From: Patescibacteria group bacterium
GTDB lineage: Bacteria; Patescibacteriota; Patescibacteriia; UBA9570
Assembly (NCBI GenBank): GCA_041665365.1
Contig: JBAYIY010000001.1
Location: 29,041-93,040 of the forward strand
Length of the DNA: 64,000 nucleotides
Reading direction: 5' to 3'
Positions 60,479 to 64,000 of the stretch are shown piece after piece. Every line of letters begins with the position of its first letter. Position 1 is the first letter of the stretch. The position numbers were made by a program, and so were the translations under genes. The notes under the pieces are model-generated. The model saw only the letters and a program-made list of their open reading frames with translations. It did no database searches and had not been told where the DNA came from.

Positions 60479-63400
60479 TAGTTGGTATTGAGATATAATC
60501 TGGTATTAGCATCAAGTTTACCGCTGATGCTTAAGGTGTTGTCCGTTTGATAATGCAGTAAGGCTTCCTCAGTTTTTCCGTCGAAGGTTTTGTCTGGCTG
60601 ACCGGTAAAATAATTGGCCTTTTTCAAACGTTTTTCTAAAGCGGTAATTTCTTTATCAACATCATTGAGATTGAGATCTTTGGTAAAACCAACCCGCACG
60701 ATAAAATGTTTTTTACTAGCCACTGTCCCAGCGGGATTCTTTACCTTAACAGTATACGAACCTGACTTAAATGCCACCGGAACCTTCGCAGTTAGAGAGG
60801 TGGAATCATTCCAGGTCACATTACTCAACTGAGTTTTACCAATCCAGACGGTGGCATTATGCTTGAAGTGTTGTCCGGTTAGGGTAATGTCACGTTCAAC
60901 GTTATTAGACACAAAATTGGTCGAGAGACTGCCCACATACAGACCACCACTGGTGATGCGTACTGCATTGGCACGCGTTACTTTTCGACCATCCGGATTA
61001 ACAACCTTTACGCTATACCGGCGCGCCCCCATGCCAGCTGGTACAGTAGCGGTGATTTTAGTTCTACTTTCTACTACTACATCATTTAATAATTTCTGAC
61101 GTAATTTAACTTTAGTGGTGCCAACTTTTTGAAAATTAGTACCATGAATCGTAATGGTGCGATCTTTACTGTTGGTGAATTTGTTACTTCGGACTGAACT
61201 AATCGTTGGTTTAGTACCGCGCAACCAAGACATGGCTCCACTGAGAAAATTATCCAAGGTGGCTGTACCGGAATCATTAATACCTTCGATGCCAAAACTG
61301 AGATACATTAACCGATAAGTATCATTATCCACCTGTACGCCGGCTGATTTATCAACCCCTTTACCTAACGTGTAGTTAAAGATACTCTCAGCATCATCAG
61401 CCGTGTTCACGGTTAATTCATCCACGGAATAATTGGCGTGCGTGCCAGAACTGGAAATAACATATGGATCAATCGAATAGGTTGTTGTGCCAACCACGGT
61501 AGCTGGTTCATAAATTGTCGAAACATACTGGGCATGCAAATAATTCCAACCAAAGTCACTCGGCGCACCTAACGAACTGGCTAATGATTCCGATGATATC
61601 AGCATATTTCCGCCGGCATCTAAATAAGACTGCATAGCGGTAGTATCACCCGGTGAAAAAGTGGCATCTAACCAAATCACTACTGGATATTGTGACATGA
61701 CATCAGCCGCCGGGGTGCCCAATTTCGTCACATTCCACACCATTGCGTTATAATCTAAGTTGTCTAACGCCGTCACTATTCTATCGGCTGCCCCAACACA
61801 ATGTGTTGCACCGCCGTAGGATAAACCTTCAATTGGTGCATCATAACAATAACCGTCATTATCCACTACTAGTACTTTCGGCCCCTCACCTACCCAAAAT
61901 TTGCCTGTGTGCGTACTGCTTTCACTGGTGTCATCCTCGGTGGCTGTGATGGAAATAGTATACTCTCCGCTGACAGCTTCAGCTGGAATGGTTAATGGAA
62001 TAGATGTCCAGGAAGTTTGTGGAAGATAGAACATGCCATAATAATCCAATCCCACAGCTAGTTGTGCTGAGGTTCCGGATAAATCTGCTACAGCTGTGCC
62101 GTCAGGATCAGTTACACTATAGGTGAGAGTAACATCATGGGCTTCTATATCATGTTCGGTAACATACGCCCACATGGTAACATCATCACCGGCCGCAAAT
62201 TGATTGGTAAAAGAAGCAATATCACTAGTGGTATCACCATTACTGTCACCCCCAGTTGGTTTGTCATTAGTGGCTGGCAATAAAACGTCACCACTGTCTG
62301 AAGTAGTAATTGGTTGTAATCCAACTGTCGTGACCGTCGGCACATCGCTTAATAAGGCCAATTGCAGGCTAGCCACTGCCGTGGTGGCTGGATCGGCTGT
62401 TATGGTGACTAAACCGGTTACATCGTCTGCTGTTAAGGTAATGGTGGCTAAACCATTCGCATCGGTGGTTGAACTACTAGTTGAAAGTGTACCGGCGGAA
62501 GTTGACCAACTAATTGTATCTCCCACTACGGCTGCATTAGAGGCATCACGTACTGAGACTGTTAAATTAGCAATAGCGCTACCATCTGTTACCAATGTAC
62601 CGGTGTCAGCATATAATATAGCCGAAGCCGTCTGTGTACCAGTTGCATCTAACGCATTCACTGCACCGTAACCGGATAAATAATCAACCCCAGAAATTGA
62701 ACCAAAATCATCGGCGGTATTTTGCAAAATTTGCCGCACAGCGCGTGGGTTGGTGGTACTAAACTTTTGCATAATTAAAGCCGCTACCCCGGCCACATGT
62801 GGTGACGCCATCGAAGTACCGGAATATTTTTCGTATTTATTACCAGGAATGGAAGATGATATACTTTCACCTGGAGCGATAACGTTGACTTTACCCCAAT
62901 TCGAGAAATCTGATTTATAACCATCTTCATTCGTTGAACCAACCGATACTACTGAAGCATAGGCCGCTGGATAAGACGGTATGGTGTAACTGTAACTATT
63001 ACCAGCCGCCGCCACTACTAATACACCATTGGTTTCAGCATAATCAATGGCGGCTTTCATGGTATTGGAAGCCATGGCAGTACCCAAACTTAAGTTTATA
63101 ATATTGGCTCCGTTATCTACTGCGTAATGAATGCCATCAGCAATGGTACTGTCATAGCCATAACCACTAGAATCTAATACCTTTACCGGCATAATCGTAG
63201 CGGACGAGGCCACTCCACGCACCCCAACGGTGTTATTTTCGGCGGCAATAATTCCGGACACATGTGTACCATGACCATACTCATCTTCTGGATCATTATC
63301 TGGAGTCACCGCTGTGTACAAACTACCAATGAAATCATAGCCATAATAATCATCAATATAACCATTACCATCATCATCCACACCATTACCGGCTGTTTCA

Positions 63401-63816
63401 CCAACATTCACCCACCGGTTGGCATCTAAATCTTCATGCAAATAATCAACTCCGGTATCAACCACAGCCACAATGATGCCGGCACCAGTGGCACCATTGG
63501 TGGTGGCAGCGGCAGCGGCTTGCACTTGATCGTAACCCCAGGAGGTTGTCTGCCCGAGCGCCCGTACTAAACCATCCGGTTCAACAAAAGCCACATTAGA
63601 TTGTTTGGACCAATGTTTAATAGTATCCAATACACTACTACCGGCCGCTACTGGTACCCGCTCAGTGGTACCATTTTTGTATTTTACCACCACATGATCC
63701 GACGCAAAACTAGCCTGATTACTTGGCGTGGTAGCGCTGTCTTGCCATGGACCAGCTTGGACACTGATTGGAATAATCACACTGAATAATGCTACCAGCC
63801 ATAAACGTTTTGACAT
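60478..63816 (-). CDS. secreted S8 subtilisin-like serine protease with Big/IPT-TIG domains and C-terminal peptidoglycan-binding domain
   Basis: Signal peptide. Catalytic triad 'VVDTGVD', 'HGTHVSG' and 'GTSMASPHVAG'. Ig-like and TIG repeats. The C-terminal segment 'LEKRLKKANYFTGQPDKTFDGKTEEALLHYQ' looks like a PG_binding_1 domain. Confidence 0.85.
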   Translation of the reverse strand: MSKRLWLVALFSVIIPISVQAGPWQDSATTPSNQASFASDHVVVKYKNGTTERVPVAAGSSVLDTIKHWSKQSNVAFVEPDGLVRALGQTTSWGYDQVQAAAAATTNGATGAGIIVAVVDTGVDYLHEDLDANRWVNVGETAGNGVDDDGNGYIDDYYGYDFIGSLYTAVTPDNDPEDEYGHGTHVSGIIAAENNTVGVRGVASSATIMPVKVLDSSGYGYDSTIADGIHYAVDNGANIINLSLGTAMASNTMKAAIDYAETNGVLVVAAAGNSYSYTIPSYPAAYASVVSVGSTNEDGYKSDFSNWGKVNVIAPGESISSSIPGNKYEKYSGTSMASPHVAGVAALIMQKFSTTNPRAVRQILQNTADDFGSISGVDYLSGYGAVNALDATGTQTASAILYADTGTLVTDGSAIANLTVSVRDASNAAVVGDTISWSTSAGTLSTSSSTTDANGLATITLTADDVTGLVTITADPATTAVASLQLALLSDVPTVTTVGLQPITTSDSGDVLLPATNDKPTGGDSNGDTTSDIASFTNQFAAGDDVTMWAYVTEHDIEAHDVTLTYSVTDPDGTAVADLSGTSAQLAVGLDYYGMFYLPQTSWTSIPLTIPAEAVSGEYTISITATEDDTSESSTHTGKFWVGEGPKVLVVDNDGYCYDAPIEGLSYGGATHCVGAADRIVTALDNLDYNAMVWNVTKLGTPAADVMSQYPVVIWLDATFSPGDTTAMQSYLDAGGNMLISSESLASSLGAPSDFGWNYLHAQYVSTIYEPATVVGTTTYSIDPYVISSSGTHANYSVDELTVNTADDAESIFNYTLGKGVDKSAGVQVDNDTYRLMYLSFGIEGINDSGTATLDNFLSGAMSWLRGTKPTISSVRSNKFTNSKDRTITIHGTNFQKVGTTKVKLRQKLLNDVVVESRTKITATVPAGMGARRYSVKVVNPDGRKVTRANAVRITSGGLYVGSLSTNFVSNNVERDITLTGQHFKHNATVWIGKTQLSNVTWNDSTSLTAKVPVAFKSGSYTVKVKNPAGTVASKKHFIVRVGFTKDLNLNDVDKEITALEKRLKKANYFTGQPDKTFDGKTEEALLHYQTDNTLSISGKLDANTRLYLNTN

Positions 63817-63857
63817 ATGGGTTTTTGTTTAAAATAAAAATTACGAATAATGAATCA

Positions 63858-63886
63858 ATTATACTAAAAATTTAACAGACTGTCTA
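63858..63886 (-). promoter_or_regulatory. putative sigma70-like promoter of the S8 protease gene
   Basis: Minus strand reads TAGACA, a 17-nt spacer, then TATAAT, about 40 nt upstream of the ATG at 63816. Confidence 0.3.
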
Positions 63887-63889
63887 TTT

Positions 63890-63931
63890 AAATCATGTAG
63901 AGACGCGATTAATCGCGTCTCTACATGATTT
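63890..63931. repeat. perfect 42-bp palindrome (21-bp arms, no spacer)
   Basis: 'aaatcatgtagagacgcgatt|aatcgcgtctctacatgattt' is exactly self-complementary. It abuts the -35 of the protease promoter. Confidence 0.8.
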
Positions 63932-64000
63932 TATCCAATACAATCAACCCTTCAATGTGAGGCGTTCTGGGGAAAAAATTAAACAGTTTCGCGTCAATAA

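Noticed and set aside
1-64000. Alternative genetic code (UGA recoding, as in some candidate-phylum lineages)
   Set aside because: TGA clearly functions as a stop in overlapping ATGA junctions (for example 28754-28757). Conserved proteins such as MreB and ribosomal proteins end at their expected C-termini.
1-64000. CRISPR array, rRNA or tRNA genes
   Set aside because: No regularly spaced short direct repeats were seen, and no intergenic region exceeds ~200 bp. Nothing resembles a 16S/23S conserved block or tRNA structure on inspection.

Overview
Low-GC (~40% by eye) bacterial chromosomal segment with a strong coding-strand bias. From ~46.5 kb down to ~15.5 kb, about 45 genes lie on the minus strand with little interruption, many with overlapping stop and start codons. 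Most content is core housekeeping: priA-like/def/fmt, gltX, serS, lysS, greA, mrdA-mreDCB, proS, rseP, frr and holB. There is a Wzx/Wzy-type surface polysaccharide locus with GT2/GT4 glycosyltransferases, an O-antigen ligase, a flippase, a DUF4012-like protein and a second MreB paralogue. The rplM-rpsI and infA-rpmJ-rpsM-rpsK-rpsD-rpoA-rplQ ribosomal clusters are present, followed by alaS, mnmA, pdxST, riboflavin genes, nadK, a beta-CASP RNase and a 1112-aa S8 subtilase. Several proteins are unusually compact: RpoA has no alpha-CTD, AlaS is 588 aa, and the PriA-like protein has degenerate helicase motifs. This fits a reduced genome; a CPR/Patescibacteria-like origin is my inference only. Two accessory candidates stand out. 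(i) A ~2.2-kb unit bracketed by 43/44-identical 44-bp direct repeats duplicates the alaS promoter and start, and carries a 719-aa protein with a transglutaminase-like Cys-His-Asp core. (ii) A compositionally heterogeneous five-gene island (Bro-N, TspO, small GIY-YIG, two unknowns) sits between the ribosomal-operon promoter and alaS. The standard code applies, since TGA is used as a stop (for example the ATGA overlap at 28754-28757). No rRNA, tRNA or CRISPR array was detected by eye.
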